Positions 11,226 through 23,965 of a stretch of DNA of 64,000 bases are shown here, in pieces. Position numbers and translations under genes: made by a program. Location: contig CAVWWX010000001.1 in assembly GCA_963758845.1 (NCBI GenBank), positions 45,067-109,066 of the forward strand, read 5' to 3'. The notes under the pieces were generated by a model. That model saw only the letters and a list, made by a program, of their open reading frames with translations, made no database searches and was not told the origin of the DNA. Source of the stretch: an uncultured Solirubrobacterales bacterium (GTDB lineage: Bacteria > Actinomycetota > Thermoleophilia > Solirubrobacterales > 70-9). Positions within the stretch are counted from its first letter, which is position 1; each line of letters opens with the position of its first letter.

Positions 11226-12821
11226 TTGCTCCAGACGATCGCCAACGCCTTCGCGATCCCGGAGATCCGCCGCAAGCTGCTGTTCACGGCAGCGATGCTG
11301 GCGCTCTATCGCCTCGGCGCCTACATCCCGGCTCCCGGCGTCGACGTCGACACGGTTCAGTCGCTGGAGAACAACTTCGCGGGCTCGAACATCCTCGGCT
11401 TCCTCAACCTGTTCTCGGGCGGGAGCCTCTCGCGCCTCAGCCTGTTCGCGCTGGGGATCATGCCCTACATCACGGCCTCGATCATCCTGCAGCTGCTGAC
11501 GGTCGTGGTCCCGGCTCTCGAGCGCCTCCAGAAGGAGGGCGAGGTCGGCCAGCAGAAGATCACGCAGTACACGCGCTACCTCACCGTCATCCTGGCGTTC
11601 GCCCAGTCCGCCGGCTACGTCGCCCTCTTCCAGTCCAGCTCCTTCTCCGGCGGCGCCAACCCGCTTGGGCCCAATGCCACCTTTGGGACCGTGTTCCTCG
11701 TCGTGATCTCGCTCACGGCCGGCTGCACCCTCTTGATGTGGCTCGGCGAGCTGATCACCCAACGCGGCATCGGCAACGGGATCTCGCTGATGATCTTCGC
11801 CTCGATCGCGGCCTCGATCCCCAGCGGCATCGCGTCCTGGTGGACCAACCCCGACCAGGTCTTCGTCGTGATGATGCCGTTCGTCGCGCTGGCCGTGATC
11901 GTCGGCATCGTCTTCGTCCAGGAGGGCCAGCGCCGGATCCCGGTGCAGTACGCCAAGCGCGTGGTGGGGCGGCGAATGACCACCGGCGGGTCGACCTACC
12001 TGCCGCTGCGCGTGAACATGGCCGGGGTGATCCCGGTGATCTTCGCGGCCTCGATCATGGCGTTCCCGCCCACGATCGGCCAGCTCATCAACACCCCGGC
12101 GGCGCTCGACTTCGCGGCGTTCTTCAGCCCGAACGGCTGGGCCTACGTCGTCGGCGAGGTGTTCTTCATCGTGATCTTCACCTACTTCTACACGGCGGTC
12201 ACGTTCAACCCGGTGGACCAGGCCGACAACCTGAAGAAGTACGGCGGCTTCATCCCGGGGGTCAGACCCGGCCGGCCAACGGCCGAGTACCTGGACCGCA
12301 TCCTCTCGCGCCTGACCTTCCCGGGCGCCCTCTACCTGGGCGCCGTCGCGGCCCTGCCGACGATCCTGATCAACCAGACCTCGGCCAACTTCTTCTTCGG
12401 CGGCACCTCGATCCTGATCGTCGTCGGCGTCGCCCTCGACACCGTCAAGCAGCTCGAGGCCCAGCTGATGATGCGCAACTACGAGGGGTTCCTGAAGTCG
12501 GCCCTTCGTAGAGGGGCGGTACGTCGAACATCACGATGTCCGCGACGTGATCCGCGAGGACCCCGTCCAGATCCCCACCGTGCACGGCGTCTGCCCAGCG
12601 CTCGACCAGGGTTCGGATCTGCTTCTCGTCATCGGTCATGTGGTCCTCTCGACGGGCTCGCGTTACACCCCTGTGAGTCAAGACCGGACTCGGCGCACAA
12701 TCTCATCGGCGTCGGGGCCAGGCACACCAGCCGTCCTGCCCTACTGCCCCACAGCGGCCGCTATCCAGGACAGCCCCACCTGAGCGGAGCGTTTAGGCTG
12801 CCCGCCTCATGTCCGAGCTGA
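11226..12821 (+). CDS. secY: preprotein translocase SecY; conserved part ends about 12497 (..MRNYEGFLK), followed by a 108-codon non-SecY extension
   Basis: TTG start; MLQTIANAFAIPEIRRKLLFT...GIMPYITASIILQLL; no in-frame stop until 12821. Confidence 0.9.
   Translation: MLQTIANAFAIPEIRRKLLFTAAMLALYRLGAYIPAPGVDVDTVQSLENNFAGSNILGFLNLFSGGSLSRLSLFALGIMPYITASIILQLLTVVVPALERLQKEGEVGQQKITQYTRYLTVILAFAQSAGYVALFQSSSFSGGANPLGPNATFGTVFLVVISLTAGCTLLMWLGELITQRGIGNGISLMIFASIAASIPSGIASWWTNPDQVFVVMMPFVALAVIVGIVFVQEGQRRIPVQYAKRVVGRRMTTGGSTYLPLRVNMAGVIPVIFAASIMAFPPTIGQLINTPAALDFAAFFSPNGWAYVVGEVFFIVIFTYFYTAVTFNPVDQADNLKKYGGFIPGVRPGRPTAEYLDRILSRLTFPGALYLGAVAALPTILINQTSANFFFGGTSILIVVGVALDTVKQLEAQLMMRNYEGFLKSALRRGAVRRTSRCPRRDPRGPRPDPHRARRLPSARPGFGSASRHRSCGPLDGLALHPCESRPDSAHNLIGVGARHTSRPALLPHSGRYPGQPHLSGAFRLPASCPS
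12498..12639 (-). pseudogene. 5' remnant (~47 codons) of an NTF2/SnoaL-like (DUF4440-type) gene
   Basis: GAGAGGAccacATG at 12639; MTDDEKQIRTLVERWADAVHGGDLDGVLADHVADIVMFDVPP, then runs antisense into the end of secY. Confidence 0.6.
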
Positions 12822-13483
12822 ACCTCGTGCTACTCGGCCCGCCCGGCTCCGGGAAGGGCACACAGGGCGAACGCCTCCAGGAGGACTTCCACCTGCCGTA
12901 CTCGGCGACCGGGGACATCCTGCGCGCCGCCGTCCGCGAGGGCAGCGACCTGGGCAAGCAGGTAAAGGAGTGCATGGACCGCGGCGACTTCGCGCCCGAC
13001 GAGCTGATGGTCGACGTCATCGCCGACCGCCTCGAGCAGCGCGAGGCGGCCGACGGCTTCATCCTCGACGGCTTTCCGCGCACCCTGCGCCAGGCCGAGG
13101 CGCTGGACGCCAAGCTGGGGCAGCTCGGCCGCGTGCTGACCGTGGCGATCATGATCGAGGTCAGCGACGACGAGGTCGTCCGCCGGCTCGGCGGCCGGCG
13201 CTCGTGCCCGAACGGGCACGTCTTTCACGTCGAGTTCGACCCGCCGAAGAACGAGGGGATCTGCGACGTGTGCGGCGCCAAGCTCGAGGTCCGCGACGAC
13301 GACAAGCCGGACGTGATCCGCCATCGCCTGGGCGAGTACCACGCCAAGACCGAGGCACCCTTGGTGCCCTACTACGAGGACCGTGGGATCCTCAAGCGCG
13401 TGGACGGCGACCGCCCGCCCGACGAGGTGTCCGACCGCATCCGGGCGCTGATCGCGACCCTTCGCATGGAGGAGGAGCTCTAG
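12809..13483 (+). CDS. adk: adenylate kinase (Cys/His zinc-lid type)
   Basis: LLGPPGSGKGTQ P-loop; lid CPNGHVFH...CDVCG. Confidence 0.96.
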   Translation: MSELNLVLLGPPGSGKGTQGERLQEDFHLPYSATGDILRAAVREGSDLGKQVKECMDRGDFAPDELMVDVIADRLEQREAADGFILDGFPRTLRQAEALDAKLGQLGRVLTVAIMIEVSDDEVVRRLGGRRSCPNGHVFHVEFDPPKNEGICDVCGAKLEVRDDDKPDVIRHRLGEYHAKTEAPLVPYYEDRGILKRVDGDRPPDEVSDRIRALIATLRMEEEL

Positions 13484-13521
13484 GAGGGCCGGACCCTCTC
13501 GGCGCTACTCTCGTGAGCACG

Positions 13522-14289
13522 ATGTATCGCAGTGGAATCCTCCTCAAGACGCCCGAGCAAATCGAGCAGATGGCCGCCGCCGGGGCGGTCCAGGCCAGGT
13601 GCCTGAAGATGCTGGCCGCGAAGTGCCGGCCCGGCGTGACCACCGGCGAGCTGGACCTCGCCGCCGAGCGCTTCATCACCTCGCAGGACGCGGTCGCATC
13701 GTTCAAGGGCTACCGGGGCTTCCCGGGCTCGATCTGCGCCTCGCCGAACTCGATGGTCGTCCACGGGATCCCGGGCGCGCACGAGCTGGGCCGCGGCGAC
13801 ATCATCTCGATCGACGTGGGGGTCACCAAGGGCGGCTGGGTCGCCGACGCCGCGATGACCGTCCCGGTCGGCCCGATCGCCGACGAGACGCAGAAGCTGC
13901 TGGACGTGACCAAGGCCTCGCTGTTCGCCGGCATCGGCGAGGCCCGCCCCGGCAACCACCTGGGCGACGTCTCGAACGCGATCCAGCGCACCGTCGAGGC
14001 CGAGGACCTGTCGATCATCCGCACGCTCGTCGGCCACGGGATCGGCCGCGACATGCACGAGGACCCGCAGATCGCCAACTTCGGCGAGCCGGGCACCGGC
14101 CCCGAGCTCGAGGCAGGCATGGTCCTGGCGATCGAGCCGATGGTGAACGCGGGCGGTCCCGAGGTCCGCGTGGGCGGGGACAACTGGTCGGTCTACTCAT
14201 CCGACGGTTCCCTGGCGGCCCACTTCGAGTTCACCGTCGCCGTCACCGAGGACGGCCCGCGCGTGCTCACCCCCTGGCACGAAGACTAA
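13522..14289 (+). CDS. map: type I methionine aminopeptidase
   Basis: MYRSGILLKTPEQIEQM...SPNSMVVHGIP...ISIDVG...VGHGIG...AIEPM...FEFTVAVT; an in-frame GTG at 13513 is also possible. Confidence 0.94.
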   Translation: MYRSGILLKTPEQIEQMAAAGAVQARCLKMLAAKCRPGVTTGELDLAAERFITSQDAVASFKGYRGFPGSICASPNSMVVHGIPGAHELGRGDIISIDVGVTKGGWVADAAMTVPVGPIADETQKLLDVTKASLFAGIGEARPGNHLGDVSNAIQRTVEAEDLSIIRTLVGHGIGRDMHEDPQIANFGEPGTGPELEAGMVLAIEPMVNAGGPEVRVGGDNWSVYSSDGSLAAHFEFTVAVTEDGPRVLTPWHED

Positions 14290-14299
14290 GCTCATCCCC

Positions 14300-15670
14300 G
14301 TGACAGGCGACGCGGCTTCGGAGATCCGCGAGTCGGTACTCGATTTGATCGGCGAGACGCCGCTGGTGCGGCTCTCCCGCCTCGAGCCGAGCGTGCGTAC
14401 TCCCCTGGTCGCGAAGGTCGAGTTCATGAACCCTGGCGGCTCGGTGAAGGACCGCCCGGCGGTGGCGATGATCGATGCTGCCGAGCAGGCCGGGAAGCTT
14501 CGGCCCGGCGGCACGATCGTCGAGCCCACCTCGGGGAACACCGGCCTGGGCCTCGCCATGGCGGCGGCCCTGCGCGGCTACAAGGTGATCGCGGTCATGC
14601 CCGACAAGATGAGCAGGGAGAAGATCGACACCCTGCGCGCTTTCGGGGCCGAGGTGGTCGTCTGCCCGACCGCGGTCGAGCCCGATTCCCCGCAGTCCTA
14701 CTACCGGGTGGCGGATCGCCTGACCGAGGAGATCAGCGGCGCGTTCCAGCCGAACCAGTACTTCAACGCCGCCAACCCCGAGGCCCACTACGCCTCCACG
14801 GGGCCCGAGCTGTGGCGCCAGAGCGGGGGCCAGATCACGCACCTGGTGATCGCGGTTGGCACCGGCGGGACCATCAGCGGCGTCGGCCGCTACCTGAAGG
14901 AGCAGAGCCCCGAGCTCGAGGTGATCGGCGCCGACCCCGAGGGCTCGATCTACTCGGGCGGCCCCGTCCACCCCTACCGCGTCGAGGGGATCGGCGAGGA
15001 CTTCTGGCCCGACAGCCTGGACCGCGACGTGATCGACCGCTACGTGATCGTCTCCGATCGCGACTCGTTCCTGATGGCGCGCCGCCTGGTCGCGCGGGAG
15101 GGCCTCTTCGCCGGCGGCTCCACCGGGACCGCCCTGTGCGCCGCCGTCCAGGTCGCCCGCGAGCTGGACGATCCCGAGCAGATGGTCGCGACCGTCCTGC
15201 CCGACGGCGGCCGGCCCTACGTCTCGAAGGTCTTCAACGACTCGTGGATGCGCGAGCACGGCTACCTGCCCGCCGTCGAGGCGCCTACGGTCGGCGACGT
15301 GCTGGCGACGAAGGGGGAGGGGCCCCTGCTGACCGTCGGCAGCCACGACGTCGTGCGGCGCGCGCTGGAGCTGATGCGCGAGCACGGCGTCTCGCAGGTG
15401 CCGGTGGTCTCCGACGAGGACGAGCGGGCGATCGTCGGCACGGTCAGCGAGCGCAGCCTGCTGGTGGTCTCGGCCGACCACCCCGGGCTGCTCGAGGAGC
15501 CGGTCACCGAGGCGCTCGAACCTCCGCTCCCCGAGCTGGCGGCCGCCGACCCCGTGGCCGACGCGATCCACATGCTGCGCGACGAGGGCAAGCCGGTGAT
15601 CGTCGTCGACGACGGCCGGCCGCTGGGCATCCTGACCGCCCTGGACCTGATCGAGGCGCTCAACCGGTGA
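14300..15670 (+). CDS. cbs: cystathionine beta-synthase (PLP fold type II plus tandem CBS domains)
   Basis: MNPGGSVKDRPAV PLP-lysine motif, TSGNTGLGLA, GTGGTISG; C-terminal ~120 aa has a CBS-pair pattern. Confidence 0.88.
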   Translation: MTGDAASEIRESVLDLIGETPLVRLSRLEPSVRTPLVAKVEFMNPGGSVKDRPAVAMIDAAEQAGKLRPGGTIVEPTSGNTGLGLAMAAALRGYKVIAVMPDKMSREKIDTLRAFGAEVVVCPTAVEPDSPQSYYRVADRLTEEISGAFQPNQYFNAANPEAHYASTGPELWRQSGGQITHLVIAVGTGGTISGVGRYLKEQSPELEVIGADPEGSIYSGGPVHPYRVEGIGEDFWPDSLDRDVIDRYVIVSDRDSFLMARRLVAREGLFAGGSTGTALCAAVQVARELDDPEQMVATVLPDGGRPYVSKVFNDSWMREHGYLPAVEAPTVGDVLATKGEGPLLTVGSHDVVRRALELMREHGVSQVPVVSDEDERAIVGTVSERSLLVVSADHPGLLEEPVTEALEPPLPELAAADPVADAIHMLRDEGKPVIVVDDGRPLGILTALDLIEALNR

Positions 15671-16761
15671 GCGACTCCACCGAAGGGCGGGAGCCGCATA
15701 TCGAGACGCGCGTGGTCCACGCCGGGCTGGACCCGGACCCCACCTACGGCTCGGTCATCCCGCCGATCCATCAGACCTCCACCTTCGTCCAGCCGCGGCC
15801 GGGCGAGTTCGTCGAGGACTACGACTACGCCCGCTCGGCCAACCCGACCCGGGCGGCGCTCGAGCGGGCGCTGGGCCAGCTCGAGGGCGGCCAGGCCAGC
15901 GCGTTCTCCAGCGGGATGGCGGCGACCCATGCGCTGCTCACCGCGGCGCTCGACGCGGGCGGGCACCTGATCCTGCCCCTCGACCTCTACGGCGGCACCT
16001 ACCGCCTGGTCGACAAGGTGCTCTCGCGGTTCGGCCTGGCCTACGACCTCGTCGACCAGGTCGACCTGGAAGCCGTCCGGGCGGCGCTGCGCCCCGAGAC
16101 GAGGCTGATCTGGGTCGAGACCCCCACCAACCCGCTGCTGAACGAGGTCGACATCCCCGGGGTCGTCGCGGCCGCGGAGGGCCGGGCGGTCGTCGTCGAC
16201 AACACCTTCGCGACCCCGATCGTCCAACGGCCGCTCGAGCTGGGCGCGACGGCGGTCGTCCACTCGACCACCAAGTACATCGGCGGCCACTCCGACGTGG
16301 TGGGCGGTGCGGTGATCACGGCCGACGAGGACCTGCACCAGCGGGTGCGGTTCGTCCAGAACGCGGTGGGCGCGGTGCCGGGCCCGTTCGACTGCTTCCT
16401 GGTCCACCGTGGCATCCGCACGCTCGCCCTGCGCGTCGCCCGGCACACCGAGAACGGCCGGGCCGTCAGCGAGTGGCTGCGCTCGGCTGAGGGCGTCGAG
16501 GGGGTGCGCTGGCCGGGGTTCGGCGGCATGGTCTCGTTCCAGCATCCCGACGCGGCGGCGTTGGCGGCACGGACCAAGCTGTTCTCGCTGGCCGAGTCAC
16601 TCGGCGGGGTCGAGTCCCTGGTCGAGGTCCCGCAGGCGATGACGCACCAATCCGTCGCCGATTCGGACGCCGCCGTCTCGCCTGATCTGGTCCGCCTTTC
16701 ATGCGGGATCGAGGCCGCCGAGGACCTCATCGCCGACCTGGCCCAGGCGCTCGCCGCCTGA
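15667..16761 (+). CDS. cystathionine gamma-lyase/synthase family PLP enzyme
   Basis: GTG 15667 overlaps the cbs TGA; ...YARSANPTR...HSTTKYIGGHSD (PLP lysine)...RLSCGIE. Confidence 0.88.
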   Translation: MSDSTEGREPHIETRVVHAGLDPDPTYGSVIPPIHQTSTFVQPRPGEFVEDYDYARSANPTRAALERALGQLEGGQASAFSSGMAATHALLTAALDAGGHLILPLDLYGGTYRLVDKVLSRFGLAYDLVDQVDLEAVRAALRPETRLIWVETPTNPLLNEVDIPGVVAAAEGRAVVVDNTFATPIVQRPLELGATAVVHSTTKYIGGHSDVVGGAVITADEDLHQRVRFVQNAVGAVPGPFDCFLVHRGIRTLALRVARHTENGRAVSEWLRSAEGVEGVRWPGFGGMVSFQHPDAAALAARTKLFSLAESLGGVESLVEVPQAMTHQSVADSDAAVSPDLVRLSCGIEAAEDLIADLAQALAA

Positions 16762-16893
16762 CGAGGCGCTCAGGCGACGCTTGCTATCCTTCCCGGTCGG
16801 CCGAAAGGCCATTTGTTTGTGCCCGCTAGCCCGATTCATGGGGCCTGCGGGCCTTCTCGATGAAAGCGATTGGATACGACCCCCAAGGGTTCG

Positions 16894-17007
16894 ATGAAGG
16901 TACGAACGTCCGTAAAGCCGATGTGTGAGCGTTGCCGGGTAATCCGGAGGCGCGGCAAGGTGCTGATCATCTGTTCGAACCCCCGGCACAAGCAGCGACA
17001 GGGATAG
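16894..17007 (+). CDS. rpmJ: 50S ribosomal protein L36 (37 aa, not in the ORF track)
   Basis: Hand translation [37 protein letters not shown]. Confidence 0.93.
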   Translation: MKVRTSVKPMCERCRVIRRRGKVLIICSNPRHKQRQG

Positions 17008-17019
17008 AGGGCTAAGACT

Positions 17020-17403
17020 TTGGCGCGCATCGCAGGAATCAACCTTCCGCTCAACAAGCGGATCGAGATCGGGCTCACCTACGTCCACGGCATCGGCCGT
17101 CCGACGGCCGAGAAGATCCTCGCCGACACGGGGATCGACCCGAACACCTACGTGAAGGACCTGACCGACGACGAGGCCGTGAAGCTTCGCGAGGCGGTCG
17201 AGTCCCGCGAGGTCGAGGGCGACCTGCGCCGCGACCGCTCCCAGAACATCAAGCGCCTCTCCGAGATCGGTGCCTACCGCGGCCTGCGCCACCGCCGCGG
17301 CCTGCCGGTCAGGGGCCAGCGAACGAAGACCAACGCCCGCGGCCGCAAGGGACCCAAGCGGATGAGCGTCGCCGGCAAGCGCAAGGCGCCGACGCCCAAG
17401 TGA
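17020..17403 (+). CDS. rpsM: 30S ribosomal protein S13
   Basis: TTG start; [33 protein letters not shown]. Confidence 0.96.
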   Translation: MARIAGINLPLNKRIEIGLTYVHGIGRPTAEKILADTGIDPNTYVKDLTDDEAVKLREAVESREVEGDLRRDRSQNIKRLSEIGAYRGLRHRRGLPVRGQRTKTNARGRKGPKRMSVAGKRKAPTPK

Positions 17404-17414
17404 GGAACTGAGAG

Positions 17415-17813
17415 ATGCCGCAACCGAGGAAGGGCAAGGGCAAGACCCGTCGCCGCGTCAAGAAGAACATCCCCTACGGCGTCGCCCACATCAAGACGTC
17501 GTTCAACAACACGATCGTGACGATCACCGACACCGACGGCAACGTCGTCTGCTGGGAGTCCGCCGGCTCGGCCGGGTTCAAGGGCTCGCGCAAGTCCACG
17601 CCGTTCGCCGCGCAGGTGACGGCCGACGCTGCCGCCCGCAAGGGCATGGAGCACGGGCTCGAGCGCGTGGAGGTCCACGCCAAGGGCGCCGGCTCGGGCC
17701 GCGACACGGCGATCCGCTCGCTCCAGGCCGCCGGCCTTCAGGTCACGACCGTCAAGGACGTCTCGCCGCAGGCCCACAACGGCTGCCGCCCCAAGAAGCG
17801 GCGGAGGGGCTAG
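17415..17813 (+). CDS. rpsK: 30S ribosomal protein S11
   Basis: [46 protein letters not shown]. Confidence 0.96.
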   Translation: MPQPRKGKGKTRRRVKKNIPYGVAHIKTSFNNTIVTITDTDGNVVCWESAGSAGFKGSRKSTPFAAQVTADAAARKGMEHGLERVEVHAKGAGSGRDTAIRSLQAAGLQVTTVKDVSPQAHNGCRPKKRRRG

Positions 17814-17815
17814 CC

Positions 17816-18436
17816 ATGGCGAGGGATACCGGAGCCCAGTGCAAGCAGTGCCGCCGCGAGGGACAGAAGCTGTTCCTGAAGGGCGAGCGCTGCTTCACCG
17901 AGAAGTGTGGCGTCGAGCGACGCTCCTACCCGCCCGGAGAGCACGGCCGCGGCCGTGTGCGGGCGTCGGAGTACCGCAACCAGCTGCGCGAGAAGCAGAA
18001 GGCGCGGCGCTTCTACCAGCTGCTGGAGAAGCAGTTCCACTCTTACTACGTGAAGGCGTCGCGGCAGCCGGGAGTCACCGGCGAGAACCTGCTGCGCCTG
18101 CTCGAACGGCGTTTCGACAACGTCCTCGTGCGCCTGGGCTTCGCGGCCTCGCGCCGCCAGGCCCGGCAGATGATCGGCCACGGCCACTGGTTCATCAACG
18201 GCCGCCGCGTCGACATCCCCAGCTACCAACTGCGTCCCGACGACGTGATCACGATCAAGCCCTCCTCGCCCGCGACCGACGTGGTTCGCCAGGCGACCGA
18301 GTTGACCGCTGCTGTCCCCCCGTGGCTGCAGGCCGATCACGACGCACTGACGGCGAAGGTGCTTCGCCTCCCCGAGCGCGCTGAGATCGCGACGCCGGTG
18401 GAGGAGCAGCTCATCGTCGAGCTCTACTCCAAGTAG
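17816..18436 (+). CDS. rpsD: 30S ribosomal protein S4
   Basis: CKQCRREGQKLFLKGERCFTEKC...YRNQLREKQK...; S4 RNA-binding domain. Confidence 0.96.
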   Translation: MARDTGAQCKQCRREGQKLFLKGERCFTEKCGVERRSYPPGEHGRGRVRASEYRNQLREKQKARRFYQLLEKQFHSYYVKASRQPGVTGENLLRLLERRFDNVLVRLGFAASRRQARQMIGHGHWFINGRRVDIPSYQLRPDDVITIKPSSPATDVVRQATELTAAVPPWLQADHDALTAKVLRLPERAEIATPVEEQLIVELYSK

Positions 18437-18476
18437 GGCAACCAACCTTCAGCGCCCGCAACCGAGAGGAATACCA

Positions 18477-19445
18477 ATGACCACGCTGCCCGAGTTCCAG
18501 ATCCCCAAGATCTCCAAAGAGGACATCAACGACGAGAAGGGGACGTTCACGATCGAGCCCCTGGACAAGGGCTTCGGCTACACCTTCGGCAACAGCCTTC
18601 GCCGAGTGCTCCTGTCCTCGCTCGGCGGCGCCGCGATCAAGAGCGTTCGCATCGAGGGCGTGGCCCACGAGTTCTCGACGGTCCCCGGGGTGAAGGAGGA
18701 CGTCACCGACGTCGTCCTCAACCTCAAGGACATCGTCGTGCGCATGCACACCGACGCCGACGAGGTCGAGGCGCCGCTGGTGGCCAGCGGCCCCGGTGAG
18801 GTCACGGCGAAGGACATCGACCTGCCCGCGGGCGTCGAGATCCTGAACCCGGACGCGCCGATCGCGACGCTCGAGAAGCGCACCAAGCTCGAGATGTACC
18901 TCACGATCGGCCGCGGCCGTGGCTACTCGCCCGCCGAGGAGAACAAGAGCGAGGATCAGGCCATCGGCGTGATCCCGATCGACTCGATCTTCTCGCCGAT
19001 TCGCCGCACCGCCTACTCGGTGGACGCGGCCCGCGTCGGCCAGCGGACGGACTTCGACAAGCTCTCGCTCGAGATCGAGACCGATGGGTCGATCGAGCCG
19101 GCCAGCGCTCTGCGCGAGGCCGCCGAGCTGTTGATCAAGAGCCTGGCGATCTTCACCGACGCCGACCGGGTCGAGGAGCTGACGGCGCGCGACGCGCTGG
19201 GCGCCCCCGACGGGGCCGGCCTGCCGGCCTCGCCCGCGGTCGAGGGCGACGATCGCCTGATCGAGGAGCTCGAGATCGGCGTGCGGGCATACAACTGCCT
19301 CAAGCGCGCCGGGATCCAGACCGTCGGCGACCTCGTCCAGCGTTCGGAATCCGAGCTGAACGCGATCCCGAACTTCGGCAAGCGCTCGACTGAAGAGGTC
19401 AAGGAATCTCTCGTCGCGCTGGGGCTTTCGCTCCGCGACGAGTAG
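18477..19445 (+). CDS. rpoA: DNA-directed RNA polymerase alpha subunit
   Basis: [31 protein letters not shown]...; C-terminal domain [25 protein letters not shown]. Confidence 0.97.
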   Translation: MTTLPEFQIPKISKEDINDEKGTFTIEPLDKGFGYTFGNSLRRVLLSSLGGAAIKSVRIEGVAHEFSTVPGVKEDVTDVVLNLKDIVVRMHTDADEVEAPLVASGPGEVTAKDIDLPAGVEILNPDAPIATLEKRTKLEMYLTIGRGRGYSPAEENKSEDQAIGVIPIDSIFSPIRRTAYSVDAARVGQRTDFDKLSLEIETDGSIEPASALREAAELLIKSLAIFTDADRVEELTARDALGAPDGAGLPASPAVEGDDRLIEELEIGVRAYNCLKRAGIQTVGDLVQRSESELNAIPNFGKRSTEEVKESLVALGLSLRDE

Positions 19446-19482
19446 TTTTCCGGGGCGGGCAGCGCCCGCCCAGGAGGCAACC

Positions 19483-19836
19483 ATGCGTCACTCGAAGCAG
19501 CGCCACAAGCTCAGCCGCGACTCCGCCCACCGGCGGTCGCTCCTTCGCAACCTGTCGAAGGACGTGATCCAGCACGAGCGGATCCAGACCAGCCAGGCGA
19601 AGGCCAAGGCCGTGAAGCCGAAGCTCGAGAAGCTGATCACGCTGGCCAAGCGCGGCGACCTTCACGCGCGCCGCCAGGCGCTCTCCGAGCTGGGACAGGA
19701 CAAGTTCATCGTCCACAAGCTGTTCGAGGAGGTCGCGCCCCGCTACGCCGACCGCCCGGGGGGCTACACCCGGATCGTGAAGCTCGGCCCCCGCCGGTCC
19801 GACTCCACCGAGATGGTGTTCATCGAGCTCGTCTGA
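19483..19836 (+). CDS. rplQ: 50S ribosomal protein L17
   Basis: [24 protein letters not shown]...[15 protein letters not shown]. Confidence 0.96.
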   Translation: MRHSKQRHKLSRDSAHRRSLLRNLSKDVIQHERIQTSQAKAKAVKPKLEKLITLAKRGDLHARRQALSELGQDKFIVHKLFEEVAPRYADRPGGYTRIVKLGPRRSDSTEMVFIELV

Positions 19837-19846
19837 GTTCCCGGCG

Positions 19847-20593
19847 GTGCCGACCTACCGCCTCGACGTCGCCTACGACGGCGCCCCCTTCGCGGGGTGG
19901 GCAGCCCAGCCGGGGCTTCGCACCGTCCAGGGCGAGCTGGAGGACGCGATCGAGCAGGTCCTGGGCCACCGCGCCGCGCTGACCGTCGCAGGGCGGACCG
20001 ACGCGGGCGTCCACGCCTGGGGCCAGGTCGCGAGCCTGGAGCTTGCGTCCGAGCCCAGCCTGGACCTGCGCCGCGCGCTCGACGCGGTGACCCCGACCGA
20101 GATCACCGTTCGCGCCGCCGCGCCCGCCGCGGATGGCTTCAACGCGCGCCGCGACGCCAAGTCGCGCACCTACTGCTACCGGCTGCTCCCGCAGTCGGCC
20201 GCCAGCCCGTTCGAGGCCGGGCGCGCGCTGTGGTGGCCCTACCCGCTCGAGCGGGCGGCCCTCGACGCCTGCGCCGCAGCGGTCGTGGGCACCCACGACT
20301 TCACCGCCTTCACCCCAACCCAGACCGAGCACGTGCGCTTCCAGCGCGATGTCCTGCGCTGCGAGTGGCGCGACGGCACGGGGATCGGGCCGGACCCCGT
20401 GCTCGAGCTGTGGATCGAGGCCGACGCCTTCATGCGCAACATGGTGCGAGTGCTGGTCGGGACGATGCTCGAGGCCGGCGCCGGCAGGCGCTCGGAGGAG
20501 GACTTCGCCTCGCTCCTGGAGGGCGCGCCCCGCGAGCGCGGGGGAGAGACGGCGCCCGCGCACGGCCTCTACCTCGCATCGGTTCGCTACTGA
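19847..20593 (+). CDS. truA: tRNA pseudouridine(38-40) synthase
   Basis: GTG start; YRLDVAYDGAPFAGWAAQPG...AGRTDAGVHAWGQV (catalytic Asp motif). Confidence 0.93.
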   Translation: MPTYRLDVAYDGAPFAGWAAQPGLRTVQGELEDAIEQVLGHRAALTVAGRTDAGVHAWGQVASLELASEPSLDLRRALDAVTPTEITVRAAAPAADGFNARRDAKSRTYCYRLLPQSAASPFEAGRALWWPYPLERAALDACAAAVVGTHDFTAFTPTQTEHVRFQRDVLRCEWRDGTGIGPDPVLELWIEADAFMRNMVRVLVGTMLEAGAGRRSEEDFASLLEGAPRERGGETAPAHGLYLASVRY

Positions 20594-20615
20594 GACGCTC
20601 CATAGAATCGGCCCG

Positions 20616-23486
<2,871 letters not shown>

Positions 23487-23513
23487 GCCGGGTGTAGGCG
23501 CGAGAGTCTCGAG

Positions 23514-23894
23514 ATGCCCGACTGGACGAAGAAGAACTTCGACGACCTTCGCGACGTCAGCCCTGAGGATGTGCGAATCCAGTGGCGGTTCGCGCGAGAG
23601 GCTCTGGGCTCGCCCGAGCTCGGCGTCAGCCGCTTCACCTACGACCCGGGTGCCCGCATGCCGTGGGGCCACCGGCATCACGTGCAGGAGGAGGCCTACG
23701 TCGTGGTCGCCGGGTCCGGTCGTGCCAAGCTCGACGACGAGGTCATCGAGATCTCGGCGTGGGACGTGCTGCGGGTCGCTCCTACGGTGGCTCGCTCGTT
23801 CGAAGCCGGCCCAGACGGTCTTGACGTGATCTGCATCGGTGGTCGCAAGCCCGAGGGAGGCGACAACGAGCAGGTCGACGACTTCTGGGACTGA
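23514..23894 (+). CDS. cupin-domain protein
   Basis: 126 aa; PWGHRHHVQEEAYVVVAGSG...VLRVAP two-motif cupin pattern. Confidence 0.75.
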   Translation: MPDWTKKNFDDLRDVSPEDVRIQWRFAREALGSPELGVSRFTYDPGARMPWGHRHHVQEEAYVVVAGSGRAKLDDEVIEISAWDVLRVAPTVARSFEAGPDGLDVICIGGRKPEGGDNEQVDDFWD

Positions 23895-23965
23895 CCGGGA
23901 GGGCAGGACGGCTTGAGGGCGGGTTGGCGCAGGCCGACCACCCTCCCAGGCATAATTCAGGGTGG

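Noticed and set aside
12547-12783. 78-aa plus-strand ORF between secY and adk
   Set aside because: It has no recognisable features. It overlaps both the secY extension and the NTF2-like remnant on the other strand, which has an RBS and clear family resemblance.
16762-16893. Possible infA or infA remnant between cgl and rpmJ
   Set aside because: The interval is too short for IF-1 (about 72 aa), and none of the six translations resembles it.
23897-23947. Possible terminator after the cupin gene (GGGAGGG...CCCTCCC)
   Set aside because: The loop is about 37 nt and no U-tract follows, so it is unconvincing.
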